Notes: generated by a model from the letters alone, not told the origin. A DNA stretch of 64,000 nucleotides from Thermoleophilia bacterium (GCA_025927685.1 JAICKX010000003.1:2905-66904), one strand, 5' to 3'. Counted from the stretch's first letter, positions 9,219 to 19,076 are shown. A program made the numbers and translations.

Positions 9219-9845
9219 ATGTTCCCGCAACCCAAACGGGCGGAGGCGCGTCTAGTCCTCCGAGACCGGGTACGTGACCAGCCGGCGTATGCAGGCCTGT
9301 CGGATCTGGTGCTCGCGGTCAGAGCGAAGGACGGCGACGGCCGCGCACTGGAGACGCTGGTCGAGCGCCATGCACCTGGCGTGCGGCGGCTGGCCGGGTA
9401 TCTGCTCTCGGATCACGAGGACGCTGAGGACGCAGCCCAGGAGGCGCTCGCAAAGCTTTGCACCCGCATCGGCCAATTTCGGGGGGAGGCCCGGTTCCAG
9501 ACGTGGCTCTACAGCCTCGTCTCGAACACCTGCCGCGACCTGGGCGAGCGCCAGCGCCGGCGTCGCCATCAGCCGCTGGACCAGGCGGCGGAGTTCGCGA
9601 GCGACGAGATCCCCCAGGAGGCGGCGGAGTGGCGCGACCAGCGCCGGCACCTGGCGGATTGCATGCGCGCGCTCTCCGACGACCAGCGCCGGGTGATGGT
9701 GCTGAAGGACGTGCTCCAGCTGTCCTACGAGGAGATCGCCCTCGAGATGGGCATGCCGGTGGGGACCGTGAAATGCCACGCCCACCGCGGCCGGGCCCGC
9801 ATGCGCCGGGCGCTCGAGCCCGCGCCGCGCGCGGCCGCCGGGTGA
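9219..9845 (+). CDS. ECF-type RNA polymerase sigma-70 family factor
   Basis: Region 2 ([34 protein letters not shown]...[11 protein letters not shown]) and region 4 HTH ([28 protein letters not shown]). The start could be later than 9219. Confidence 0.85.
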   Translation: MFPQPKRAEARLVLRDRVRDQPAYAGLSDLVLAVRAKDGDGRALETLVERHAPGVRRLAGYLLSDHEDAEDAAQEALAKLCTRIGQFRGEARFQTWLYSLVSNTCRDLGERQRRRRHQPLDQAAEFASDEIPQEAAEWRDQRRHLADCMRALSDDQRRVMVLKDVLQLSYEEIALEMGMPVGTVKCHAHRGRARMRRALEPAPRAAAG

Positions 9846-10300
9846 TCGCAGGCGCCGCGCTGCCGCTGGGGCGCGACGCGATCTGCGACATCATCCCGCA
9901 CCGCGAGCCGTTCCTCCTGGTCGACGAGATCACCGAGCTCGAGGCCGGCGTGCGGGCGGTCGGGAGCTACCTGGTGAAGGACGACGCGTGGTACCTGGCA
10001 GGGCACTTTCCGGGGAACCCGATCATGCCCGGCGTGCTCCAGGTCGAGGCGCTGGCCCAGGTGGGCGCGATCTGCGGGCTCGCGCATCCGGACTTCGCCG
10101 GCCGGCTCGTGCTGTTCGCGGGCATCGACGACGTGCGCTTCAAGCGCGTCGTGCGCCCGGGGGACACGCTCGACCTGCGGTGCGAGATCTCGCGCCTCCG
10201 GGGCCCGATCGGCCGGGCCGAGGCCGAGGCGAGGGTCGGGGATGAGCTGGCGTGCCGCGGCACGCTGACGTTCGCGCTCGTCGAGGGGGAGCTCGAATGA
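9842..10300 (+). CDS. fabZ: 3-hydroxyacyl-ACP dehydratase
   Basis: [12 protein letters not shown] and [20 protein letters not shown] motifs. Its GTG overlaps the sigma stop (GTGA). Confidence 0.9.
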   Translation: MIAGAALPLGRDAICDIIPHREPFLLVDEITELEAGVRAVGSYLVKDDAWYLAGHFPGNPIMPGVLQVEALAQVGAICGLAHPDFAGRLVLFAGIDDVRFKRVVRPGDTLDLRCEISRLRGPIGRAEAEARVGDELACRGTLTFALVEGELE

Positions 10301-11298
10301 TCGCGGCCTGCGAGCGCGGTGTCGAGGTCGTGGGCGTGGGCTCCCATGTGCCCGAGCGGGTGATGACGAACGATGAGATCGCGACGATGGTCGACACCTC
10401 GGACGAGTGGATCGCGGCGCGCACGGGCATCCGTCAGCGCCGGATCGCGGCCGCCGGCGAGTCGTCGGCCGTCCTGGGCGCCGCGGCGGCCGAGCGGGCG
10501 CTCGAGAGCGCCGGGATGGCGGGATCCGACCTCGACCTGATTGTCACCGCCACCGCCAGCCCGGACTTCTACTTCCCGGCGACCGCCAGTCTGATCGGCG
10601 AGCAGGTGGGAGCGCGCGGCGTGCCCGGCTACGACCTGTCGGCCGCCTGCACCGGCTTCGTGTACGCGCTCGCGCAGGCCTACGGGCAGCTGAGCGCCGG
10701 CCTGGCCGAGCGGGTGCTGGTGGTCGGGACCGAGGTCTTCTCCCGCCTTCTCGACTGGGGCGACCGGTCGACCTGCGTGCTCTTCGGCGACGGGGCGGGG
10801 GCCGTGGTGCTGGCGCGGAACGGCTCGACCACCGGGATGCTCGGCTTCGAGCTCGGCTCCGACGGCTCGGGCGGTGGCCTGCTCGAGGTGGCGGCGGCCG
10901 GTCACAGGACCGACCCCGCCGCGGACCGGTTCGTCCACATGGACGGCGCGCAGGTCTACAAGTTCGCGACGACGGTCTCGGTGGACTCCGCGATGCGGGC
11001 GCTCGAGGCGGCGGGGCTGACCGTGGCCGACGTCGACGTGTTCGTGCCGCACCAGGCCAACCGCCGGATCATCGACCACGCGGCCCGCCGGCTGGGGCTC
11101 GCCGAGGACAAGGTCGTGACGAACGTCGAGCGCTTCGGCAACACCTCGGCGGCGTCGATCCCGATCTGCCTCGCCGAGGCGTACGCGGACGGGCGGATCA
11201 AGGCCGGCGACGTGGTGCTCATGACCGGCTTCGGGGGCGGGCTCTCCTGGGGCTCGTGCGTGATGGAATGGACACTCGCTCAGAAGGAGACGAGATGA
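10297..11298 (+). CDS. fabH: 3-oxoacyl-ACP synthase III
   Basis: Catalytic triad contexts SAACTGF (Cys), VPHQANRRI (His), GNTSAASIP (Asn). ATGA overlap with fabZ. Confidence 0.9.
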   Translation: MIAACERGVEVVGVGSHVPERVMTNDEIATMVDTSDEWIAARTGIRQRRIAAAGESSAVLGAAAAERALESAGMAGSDLDLIVTATASPDFYFPATASLIGEQVGARGVPGYDLSAACTGFVYALAQAYGQLSAGLAERVLVVGTEVFSRLLDWGDRSTCVLFGDGAGAVVLARNGSTTGMLGFELGSDGSGGGLLEVAAAGHRTDPAADRFVHMDGAQVYKFATTVSVDSAMRALEAAGLTVADVDVFVPHQANRRIIDHAARRLGLAEDKVVTNVERFGNTSAASIPICLAEAYADGRIKAGDVVLMTGFGGGLSWGSCVMEWTLAQKETR

Positions 11299-12215
11299 AC
11301 AAGGTCGCGTTCTGCTTCCCCGGTCAGGGCAGCCAGCGGGTGGGCATGGGGAGCGAGATGGCCCGGGAGTTTCCCGAGGCCGCGGCGGTGTTCGACGAGG
11401 CCTCCGAGGAGGTCGACTTCGACCTGCGGAAGGTGTGCTTCGACGGGCCCATCGAGCGCCTCTCGGAGACCGACGTCACCCAGCCGGCGCTCGTCACGGC
11501 GTCGCTGGCGGCGCTGCGCGCGGTGCAGGCGCGGCTGGGTGTGAAGCCCGACGTGGTGATCGGGCACAGCGTCGGCGAGTACGCGGCGATCGCGGCCGCC
11601 GAGTCGGTGAACGTCGGGCTCGTGACCCGGCTCGTCCGCGAGCGCGGCCTGGCGATGGCCGCGTCGCGGGCCAAGGGCGCGATGGCCGCCGTGCTCGGCC
11701 TGGCCGACGAGGAGGTCGAGCGGCTCTGCGCCGAGACCGGCGACGTGTGGCCGGCGAACTACAACTGCCCGGGCCAGCTCGTGATCTCCGGCCGCGAGGG
11801 CGGGGTCGCCGCCGTCGCGGAGAAGGCCCGCGATCTGGGCGGGAAGGTCGTGCGGCTGCGCGTCTCCGGCGCGTTCCACAGCCCGCTCGTGGAGGACGCC
11901 GCGCAGCGGCTCGAGCCGGTCGTCCGGGCTGCGCAGTTCGGCGAGCTGAAGACGCGGCTCATGTCGACGGTGTCGAGCAAGCTCGAGACGGTGGACCGCA
12001 TCCCGGGCCTTCTGGTCGAGCAGGTGACGGCGCCTGTGCGCTTCACACAGGCCGTCCAGGGCCTCCTCTCCGACGGCGTCCGCACATTCGTCGAGATCGG
12101 GCCCGGCGGGGTGCTGGGCGGGCTCGTGAAGCGCATCGACCGCTCGGCCACCGCCGTCTCGATCGGCACGCCGGAGGAGCTCTCGGCCGCGGAGGCGAGC
12201 CTTGCCGGATCGTGA
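11295..12215 (+). CDS. fabD: Malonyl-CoA:ACP transacylase
   Basis: FPGQGSQRVGMG and GHSVGEYAA active-site serine motif. ATGA overlap with fabH. Confidence 0.9.
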   Translation: MNKVAFCFPGQGSQRVGMGSEMAREFPEAAAVFDEASEEVDFDLRKVCFDGPIERLSETDVTQPALVTASLAALRAVQARLGVKPDVVIGHSVGEYAAIAAAESVNVGLVTRLVRERGLAMAASRAKGAMAAVLGLADEEVERLCAETGDVWPANYNCPGQLVISGREGGVAAVAEKARDLGGKVVRLRVSGAFHSPLVEDAAQRLEPVVRAAQFGELKTRLMSTVSSKLETVDRIPGLLVEQVTAPVRFTQAVQGLLSDGVRTFVEIGPGGVLGGLVKRIDRSATAVSIGTPEELSAAEASLAGS

Positions 12216-12945
12216 GCTCGAGGGGCAGGTGGCGCTCGTCACCGGCGGCTCGCGTGGCATCGGGGCCGCGGTGTGCGCCGAGCTGGGGCGTGCCGGGGCC
12301 GAGGTCGTCGTCAACTACACGGCCGACGCCGAGGCCGCGGAGGGCGTGCGTGCCGAGGTCGGCGAGCGGGCCCATTCCGTGAAGGGTGACGTCTCGACAT
12401 CGGACGGCGCCGCCGGGCTGGTCGAGCACGTCGAGTCGCAGATCGGGCCGATCGCGATCCTCGTGAACAACGCCGGCATCACCCGGGACAACCTGATCAT
12501 GAAGCTCGCCGAGGAAGACTGGCGCGACGTGATCGACACGAACCTGGGCGGCGCGTTCTTCATGTGCCGCGCGGTGGCGCGCCCGATGCTGAAGCGGCGT
12601 GCCGGTGCGATCGTCAACATGTCGTCCGTGGTCGGCGTGCACGGCAACGCCGGCCAGACGAACTACGCCGCCTCCAAGGCCGGCCTGATCGGCCTCACGA
12701 AGTCGCTCGCGAAGGAGCTCGGCGGCCGCGGCATCCGGGTGAACGCGATCGCGCCGGGGTACATCTCGACCGCGCTGACCGACGCGCTGCCCGAGGCGGC
12801 CCGCGCGGCGATCCTGGCGCAGACCCCGCTCGGCCGGCTGGGGGCGACGGACGACGTGGCGCGTGCCGTGCGGTTCCTCGTGTCGGACCAGGCGGCATTC
12901 GTGACCGGGCACGTGCTGGCCGTGGACGGAGGGCTGGGGGTATGA
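12202..12945 (+). CDS. fabG: 3-oxoacyl-ACP reductase (SDR)
   Basis: TGGSRGIG cofactor motif and YAASKAG catalytic motif. SD GGAGG 6 nt before TTG at 12202. Confidence 0.9.
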   Translation: MPDRELEGQVALVTGGSRGIGAAVCAELGRAGAEVVVNYTADAEAAEGVRAEVGERAHSVKGDVSTSDGAAGLVEHVESQIGPIAILVNNAGITRDNLIMKLAEEDWRDVIDTNLGGAFFMCRAVARPMLKRRAGAIVNMSSVVGVHGNAGQTNYAASKAGLIGLTKSLAKELGGRGIRVNAIAPGYISTALTDALPEAARAAILAQTPLGRLGATDDVARAVRFLVSDQAAFVTGHVLAVDGGLGV

Positions 12946-14210
12946 GCACGCAGAACGGACGCCGGCGGGTGGTCGTCACGGGCCTCGGCGGGATCACCCC
13001 GTGCGGCAACACGATCGACGAGACATGGGCGAACATCCGCGCTGGGAAGTCGGGCGTCTCCCGGGTGGAGGAGTTCGAGGTGCCCGACGGCACGCCGAAC
13101 ATCGCCGGCCAGGTGAAGGGGTTCGACCCGCTCGAGTACATGGACCGCAGGGCGGCGCGGAAGACCGACCGCTTTGCCCACCTCGCCATTGCGGCCGCCA
13201 GCCAGGCCGTGAAGGACGCCGACCTCGACATCGAGGCGGACGCCGCCAGGATCGGCTGCTCGATCGGCACCGGGATCGGCGGCCTGCGGACGCAGGAGGT
13301 CGCCTACCGCAAGCTCTTCGACGCCGGCCCGGACCGCCTGAACCCGTTCTGGGTGACCGCGCTCATCTCCAACATGGGCGCGGCGGAGACGTCGATGGCG
13401 CTCGGCACGCGCGGCCCGCTCACGACCGAGACGACGGCCTGCGCCGCTTCGGGAATGTCGCTCGGAAACGCGACCCTCTACATCCGTGCCGGGATGGCCG
13501 ACGCGATGCTGGCGGGCGGCGTCGAGTCGCCGATCACGCTCCTCGCCCTGGGCGGGTTCGGCACGATGCGGGCCCTGTCGCGCCGGCTCGACGATCCGGA
13601 GGGCGCGAGCCGCCCGTTCGATCTCGGCCGCGACGGGTTCATCCTCTCGGAGGGCTCGACCGTGCTCGTCCTGGAGGAGCTGGAGCGGGCCAGGGCGCGT
13701 GGTGCCCGGATCTACGCCGAGGTGCTGGGCTACGGCATGTCGTCGGACTCCCACCACGTCACGGAACCGGACCCGGTCGGCACGAACCCGGCCCGGGCGA
13801 TGACGATGGCGATGCAGGACGCCGGCGTGACGCCCGCCGACATCGGCTATGTGAATGCGCACGGCACGTCGACCCCGGCGGGCGACTCCGCCGAGACGCG
13901 GGCGCTCAAGCTCGCCCTCGGCGAGGACGGGGCTCACCAGATCCCGGTCTCGTCGACGAAGAGCGAGACGGGCCACATGCTGGGGGCGACCGGCGCCGTC
14001 GAGGCGGCCATCACCGTGCTCGCGATGCGCGACGGCTTCCTGCCGCCCACGATCAACCTGACCGACCCCGACCCGGAGTGCGACCTCGACTACGTCCCGA
14101 ACGAGGGCCGCGAGGCCGACGTTCGGGTGGCGATCTCGAACTCGTTCGGCTTCGGCGGCCACAACGCGGTGCTGGTCCTCGGCCGCTGGGACGACGGAGA
14201 CGCGGCCTAG
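12942..14210 (+). CDS. fabF: 3-oxoacyl-ACP synthase II
   Basis: Active-site Cys (ETTACAAS) and His motifs (NAHGTSTPAGD, GHMLGATG). ATGA overlap with fabG. Confidence 0.9.
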   Translation: MSTQNGRRRVVVTGLGGITPCGNTIDETWANIRAGKSGVSRVEEFEVPDGTPNIAGQVKGFDPLEYMDRRAARKTDRFAHLAIAAASQAVKDADLDIEADAARIGCSIGTGIGGLRTQEVAYRKLFDAGPDRLNPFWVTALISNMGAAETSMALGTRGPLTTETTACAASGMSLGNATLYIRAGMADAMLAGGVESPITLLALGGFGTMRALSRRLDDPEGASRPFDLGRDGFILSEGSTVLVLEELERARARGARIYAEVLGYGMSSDSHHVTEPDPVGTNPARAMTMAMQDAGVTPADIGYVNAHGTSTPAGDSAETRALKLALGEDGAHQIPVSSTKSETGHMLGATGAVEAAITVLAMRDGFLPPTINLTDPDPECDLDYVPNEGREADVRVAISNSFGFGGHNAVLVLGRWDDGDAA

Positions 14211-15184
14211 TGGCCGAGAACATCAGCGTCGACGTCAGCCGCCTGGACGGCGGCGGCCCGCCCGAGCCGGCGCCGCGCACGCGCAACACGTGCCCGAGCT
14301 GCAACTCGCACTACCGCGAGGACGAGATGGTCGCGAACCTGCGGGTCTGCACGAACTGCGGGCACCACTTCCCGGTAACCGCCCGCGAGCGGATCGTGCA
14401 GCTGGCCGACGAGGGCAGCTTCACCGAGATCGCCCGCAGCCTGCACTCCGACGACCCGCTCGAGTTCGCCGACTCGAAGCCCTATCCCGAGCGGCTGCGC
14501 GTGGCCGAGCGCACCACCGGCCTTCGGGACGCGGCGATCGCCGGCTCGTGCGAGATCGGCGGCACCGCCACCGCGCTCGTCGTCCTCGATTTCTCGTTCC
14601 TCGGTGGCAGCATGGGCTCGGTGGTGGGGGAGAAGGTCGCGCGCGCCGCCGACCTCGCCGTCGAGCAGCGCCTGCCGCTGGTCTCGGTGTCGGCCTCGGG
14701 CGGCGCCCGCATGCAGGAGGGCGTCCTGGCGCTCATGCAGATGGCGAAGACGGTCTCGGCCGTCGACGAGCTGCGTGAGGCGGGCCGTCCGTTCGTCTCC
14801 GTCCTCGTCCACCCGACGACGGGCGGCGTCGCAGCCAGCTACGCCGCGCTCGGGGATCTCATCATCGCCGAGCCGGGGGCGCTGCTCTCGTTCTCCGGCC
14901 CGCGGGTGGTGAAGCAGACGACGGGCGAGGACCTGCCGGACGACTTCGGGCTCGCCGAGTCGAACTTCCGCCACGGCCACGTCGACCTGATCGTCCCTCG
15001 CCCCGAGCTGCGCGACGCGGTCGCGCGGTCGCTCGCGCTCCTCACAGGCGGCCAGCCCTACCGGCCGCCGGTGCTCGTCGGCGATCTCGACCCGGTCGGC
15101 GCGCTGACGCGAGCCATGTCCGGGATGCGGCGGCGCATCTCCGACATGAACCCCTTCCGCAACGGGGACGCCGGTGACGACTGA
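14210..15184 (+). CDS. accD: Acetyl-CoA carboxylase carboxyltransferase beta subunit
   Basis: N-terminal Zn ribbon CPSCNSHY...CTNCGHHF, then LDFSFLGGSMGSVVGEK. Its GTG overlaps the last base of the fabF stop. Confidence 0.9.
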   Translation: MAENISVDVSRLDGGGPPEPAPRTRNTCPSCNSHYREDEMVANLRVCTNCGHHFPVTARERIVQLADEGSFTEIARSLHSDDPLEFADSKPYPERLRVAERTTGLRDAAIAGSCEIGGTATALVVLDFSFLGGSMGSVVGEKVARAADLAVEQRLPLVSVSASGGARMQEGVLALMQMAKTVSAVDELREAGRPFVSVLVHPTTGGVAASYAALGDLIIAEPGALLSFSGPRVVKQTTGEDLPDDFGLAESNFRHGHVDLIVPRPELRDAVARSLALLTGGQPYRPPVLVGDLDPVGALTRAMSGMRRRISDMNPFRNGDAGDD

Positions 15185-16010
15185 GCGGTTCCGGCGCCTG
15201 CGCCGGCGCGGCGACGGCGAGGCCTGGCACGCGGTCCAGCTCGCGCGCCACCAGGACCGGCCGTACACGCTCGACTACCTGGCGCGGATGTGCGACGACT
15301 TCCTGGAGCTGCACGGCGACCGGGCGGAGGGCGACGACGCGGCGGTGGTCTCCGGTATCGGCTCGTTCCGCGGCCAGACGGTGGCATTCGTCGGCCACCA
15401 GAAGGGCCGCGACCTGAAGCAGCGCACGTACCGCAACTTCGGCATGCCGAGCCCCGAGGGCTACCGCAAGGCGATGCGGGTGTTCGCCATTGCGGCCCGG
15501 CTCGGCTTCCCGGTCGTGACGCTGATCGACACGCCCGGCGCTGCTCCTGGCGTGCGCGCGGAGGAGCGGGGCCAGTCGGGCGCGATCGCGCGATCGCAGC
15601 TCACGCTCATGGGCCTGCGCGTGCCGGTGGTGGCGTGCGTGATCGGGGAGGGCTCCTCGGGCGGCGCGCTGGCGTTCGGGATCGCCGACCGCGTGCTGAT
15701 GCAGCAGAATGCGATCTACACCGTGATCTCGCCCGAGGGGTGCGCGGCGATCCTCTGGAAGGACGCCGGCGAGGCCAGGCGCGCGGCCGCCGCGCTGCGC
15801 CCCACCGCCGACGCCTGTCTCGCACTCGGGGTCGTCGACGCGATCGTGCCGGAGCCGTCGGGGGGCGCCCACCGCGACCACGCCAAGGCCGCCGAGCTCC
15901 TGGGTGACGCGATCCAGATCGAGCTCGACGTGCTGTCGTCGATCCCTCCGCCGCAGCGGCGCGCGGCCCGGCGGGCCAAGTTCCGTGACATGGGCGCCTT
16001 CGTCGAGTAG
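15174..16010 (+). CDS. accA: Acetyl-CoA carboxylase carboxyltransferase alpha subunit
   Basis: RPYTLDY...FGMPSPEGYRKAMRVF...LIDTPGAAPGVRAEERGQSGAIA...GEGSSGGALA. Confidence 0.9.
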   Translation: MTTERFRRLRRRGDGEAWHAVQLARHQDRPYTLDYLARMCDDFLELHGDRAEGDDAAVVSGIGSFRGQTVAFVGHQKGRDLKQRTYRNFGMPSPEGYRKAMRVFAIAARLGFPVVTLIDTPGAAPGVRAEERGQSGAIARSQLTLMGLRVPVVACVIGEGSSGGALAFGIADRVLMQQNAIYTVISPEGCAAILWKDAGEARRAAAALRPTADACLALGVVDAIVPEPSGGAHRDHAKAAELLGDAIQIELDVLSSIPPPQRRAARRAKFRDMGAFVE

Positions 16011-16032
16011 GTCCCCCGCCGGCCCCGGCCGG

Positions 16033-16038
16033 TAGGCT
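16033..16038 (+). promoter_or_regulatory. -10-like TAGGCT, 8 nt upstream of the antiporter GTG (leaderless geometry)
   Basis: TAGGCT-cccctccc-GTG. No SD. Confidence 0.35.
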
Positions 16039-16046
16039 CCCCTCCC

Positions 16047-17099
16047 GTGAATCGCGGCCTCAACCGCTTCGAGCAGGTGTCCGTCGCGGTCGCGGTCGTC
16101 GTCTCGGTCGCCGCCGGCGCGCTCGATCTGGCCGGTGCCGCGAACACCGCAGTGTTCATCGTGTCGGGGGCGGCGCTCGTCGCGCTGGCCTGGATTGTGG
16201 GCGTCGCCACCGAGCAGCTCGGGGAGAGCTCTGGCCCGAAGGTCGGAGGCGTCCTGAACGCGACCTTCGGGAACGCCGCCGAGCTCATCATCACGATCTT
16301 CGCGATCCGGGCCGGCCAGCTCGAGGTCGCCACCGCGTCGATCACCGGATCGATCCTCGGGAACACCCTGCTCGTGCTCGGGGCGTCCTTCCTCGTGGGC
16401 GGCCTCCGGAACGGCCCGCAGCGGTTCGACCAGCGGGTCGCCGGGATGAACGCGTCGATGCTCGCGCTCGCCGTGATCGGTCTCGGCCTTCCCACGGCGT
16501 TCGCCGCCGCCCGCGGCACCGGATCCGAGGCGCAGACGATCTCGGACGTCACCGCCGCGATCCTGCTCGGCCTCTACATCCTGAGCCTGGTCTACTACTT
16601 CCGCACCGGCGCGGGCGGCGCTACGCACCCGCAGGTGCCCCACTGGACGGCCCGGGTTGCCATGCTGGTGCTGCTGGCCTCGACCGGTGCCGTGGCCGTG
16701 ATCTCGGACGTCTTCGTGGGAACGCTCGAAGGCGTGATCGCCGACCTCGGCATCAGCGCGGCGTTCCTCGGGCTCGTGATCGTCCCGATCGTCGGCAACA
16801 TCGCCGAGAACATCGTGGGCATCAAGATCGCCTACGAGAACAAGATGGACTTCTCGATGCTGGTGTCGCTGGGCTCGTCGCTCCAGGTCGCGCTCGGGGT
16901 GGCGCCGCTGCTCGTGTTCATCTCGCTTTTCACCCCGCACGAGTTCGACCTCGTGTTCCCGACGATCCAGGTGATCGCGCTCGCGGGCGCCGTCACGATC
17001 ACGGCGCTCATCGCGGCCGACGGCGAGTCGAACTGGCTCGAGGGCGCGCAGCTGATGGGCGTCTACGGGATCGTGGCCACGTCCTTCTGGTACCTGTGA
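16047..17099 (+). CDS. Ca2+/H+ antiporter (CaCA family), copy 1
   Basis: Two alpha-repeats, GNAAELIITIFA and GNIAENIVGIKIA. About 11 TM helices. Confidence 0.85.
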   Translation: MNRGLNRFEQVSVAVAVVVSVAAGALDLAGAANTAVFIVSGAALVALAWIVGVATEQLGESSGPKVGGVLNATFGNAAELIITIFAIRAGQLEVATASITGSILGNTLLVLGASFLVGGLRNGPQRFDQRVAGMNASMLALAVIGLGLPTAFAAARGTGSEAQTISDVTAAILLGLYILSLVYYFRTGAGGATHPQVPHWTARVAMLVLLASTGAVAVISDVFVGTLEGVIADLGISAAFLGLVIVPIVGNIAENIVGIKIAYENKMDFSMLVSLGSSLQVALGVAPLLVFISLFTPHEFDLVFPTIQVIALAGAVTITALIAADGESNWLEGAQLMGVYGIVATSFWYL

Positions 17100-18136
17100 G
17101 CCGCCGCGACCACATCTGGTTCGGCGTCGTCATCGGCCTCTCCGTCCTCGCGGTGGCGATGAGTGCGGCGTCGGTCCGCGGAGAGTTCGCCTTCGGCGCC
17201 GCCGCGGTCGCGCTGATGGGGCTCGCGTGGCTCCTCGGCGAGGCGACCGACCAGGCGGGGAACACCGCCGGCCCGCGCGCGTCGGCGCTCCTCAACGCCA
17301 CCTTCGGCAACCTGCCCGAGGTCGTGATCGTGATCCTCGCGATCAACGCCGGGCTCGACGACATCGCCCGGGCCTCCATCATCGGCTCGGTCATCGGGAA
17401 CGTGCTCCTGATCCTCGGCCTCTCGCTGATCGTGGGCGGCTGGCGAAACGGCATCCAGACGTTCAACGAGCGGGTGGCGGCGACCAACTCCTCGATGTTG
17501 ATCCTGGGCGTGGCGGGCCTCGGGCTGCCGACGCTCTTCGCCGCCCTGCACTCGTCCGACTCGGCGGACGTGCTGTCGGTCTGGACAGGCACGGCGTTGC
17601 TCGCCTGCTACGCGGGCTACATCGTCTTCAGCTTCAGCATGCCCGGCCAGACGTTCCACGACGAGGCCGGCGACGCCCGCTGGTCGACCCGGGAGGCGGT
17701 GGTCGCGCTGGCGGTGACGGCCGTGGCGACGGGGATCGTGTCGGAGGTGCTCGTCGACTCGATCAAGCCGACCGTCGAGCAGCTCGGCGTCCCGCGGGCG
17801 TTCGTCGGGCTCATCCTGGTCCCGTTCGTCGGCAACGTGGCCGAGCACTTCTCGGCCGTCCGTCTCGCCTACCGAAACCGGGTCGACTTCTCGATGGCGA
17901 TCGCCTTCGGCTCCGGCATCCAGGTCGCGCTCGGCGCGAGCGGCATCGCGGTCTTCGCGTCGATCCTCCTCGGCGACGAGCTGTCGCTCGTCTTCGACCC
18001 GCTCCAGATCGCGGCGCTGGCGGCGGCGGCGCTCGTCGCCACGCTCGTCGCACGCGGCGGCGAGACCAACTGGCTCGAGGGGCTCCAGCTGGTCGTGATC
18101 TACCTGATCGTCAGCGTCGCCGTGTGGCTTCGCTGA
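17096..18136 (+). CDS. Ca2+/H+ antiporter (CaCA family), copy 2 (tandem paralogue)
   Basis: Alpha-repeats GNLPEVVIVILA and GNVAEHFSAVRLA. GTGA overlap with copy 1. Confidence 0.85.
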   Translation: MSRRDHIWFGVVIGLSVLAVAMSAASVRGEFAFGAAAVALMGLAWLLGEATDQAGNTAGPRASALLNATFGNLPEVVIVILAINAGLDDIARASIIGSVIGNVLLILGLSLIVGGWRNGIQTFNERVAATNSSMLILGVAGLGLPTLFAALHSSDSADVLSVWTGTALLACYAGYIVFSFSMPGQTFHDEAGDARWSTREAVVALAVTAVATGIVSEVLVDSIKPTVEQLGVPRAFVGLILVPFVGNVAEHFSAVRLAYRNRVDFSMAIAFGSGIQVALGASGIAVFASILLGDELSLVFDPLQIAALAAAALVATLVARGGETNWLEGLQLVVIYLIVSVAVWLR

Positions 18137-18140
18137 GGAC

Positions 18141-18167
18141 CGCGGGGGAACCCAGGGTTCCCCCGCG
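18141..18167. terminator. Bidirectional hairpin between convergent genes
   Basis: CGCGGGGGAACC-cag-GGTTCCCCCGCG: a perfect 12-bp arm pair with a 3-nt centre. No U tract. Confidence 0.5.
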
Positions 18168-18203
18168 CGAGCGGCGAAGAGCTCGGTCGTCGCCTACGAG
18201 CGG

Positions 18204-19076
18204 TCACGTGATCGGGTACGCCCGACCGTGCAGGGCCGGCAGCACCTGTGCTGTGACCCACGCCGGCGTCGTCGCGACCCCGGGCTGGTAGTTGTAGGCG
18301 CCGGACGGGCGCTGGCGGGCGTGGAGCCATGCCAGCGACCGCCGGTTTCGCAGGTGGCAGCGGGTGCGGGCCTGGATCGCCCACGACGTCGACTGGCTGT
18401 TCGCCGCGCTGCCCGGAAGGAGCGCATAGCCGTTGGACGCGGTCTGCGCCGTCGCCAGGTAGCCGTACGCGCGCACCACCGACCGGGCGCCACACGACTC
18501 GCCGGACGCCCGCAGCGCCATCACCGCGGCCGAGGTGTCGTCGGAGTCCGGAGCGGCCGATGCCGACCACGAGTAGCCGCCGTTCGAGCGCTGGGCGGCG
18601 CGGATCGCGGCCAGCGAGCGGCGTGGCCCCGGGACGCCGGCGGCGCGCAGGGCGATCACGCCCCAGTACGTGGAGTTCTGCGTGGCGCCGATGACGCCGC
18701 TCGCGCCGATCCGAGCCCGCAGCGCCCGCACCAGGTTACGGCCGGCGAAGTGGCGCGGGCTCTTTCCGACCGCGACGACGGCCAGGATGCCGCGCTCGAG
18801 CCCGAACGCGTTCCGCCAGCTCGAGGCGTGATGCGCGAGGTACGTCGTCATCGTGCGGCCGCCCGGGCGCCGGGCGTGGCCGGGCGAGCGGCCGGCTGCG
18901 CGCAGGCCCATCGCGGCCCACTCGGTGAGCGAGACGCTGGCCTTCCGCGAGCCCGCCTCGGCGATGCCCCCGGACGGGCGCTGGTGGTTTAGCAGGTAGC
19001 CCGCCCCCGTTCCGGCGTAGGCCGCCGGGGCGAGCGCGAGCGCGGCGGTGATGGCGATGACGGTCGGTCGGATCAT
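18204..19076 (-). CDS. Secreted prenyltransferase/squalene-oxidase-repeat (alpha/alpha-barrel) protein
   Basis: SD GGAGGG before ATG at 19076. Signal peptide MIRPTVIAITAALALAPAAYA. Repeated motifs of the terpenoid-cyclase-like fold (SGGIAEAG, NSTYWGVIALRAAG, SNGGYSWS...DSDDTSAAVMALRASG, SNGYALL, PSGAYNY...TPAWVTAQVLPAL). Confidence 0.7.
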   Translation of the reverse strand: MIRPTVIAITAALALAPAAYAGTGAGYLLNHQRPSGGIAEAGSRKASVSLTEWAAMGLRAAGRSPGHARRPGGRTMTTYLAHHASSWRNAFGLERGILAVVAVGKSPRHFAGRNLVRALRARIGASGVIGATQNSTYWGVIALRAAGVPGPRRSLAAIRAAQRSNGGYSWSASAAPDSDDTSAAVMALRASGESCGARSVVRAYGYLATAQTASNGYALLPGSAANSQSTSWAIQARTRCHLRNRRSLAWLHARQRPSGAYNYQPGVATTPAWVTAQVLPALHGRAYPIT

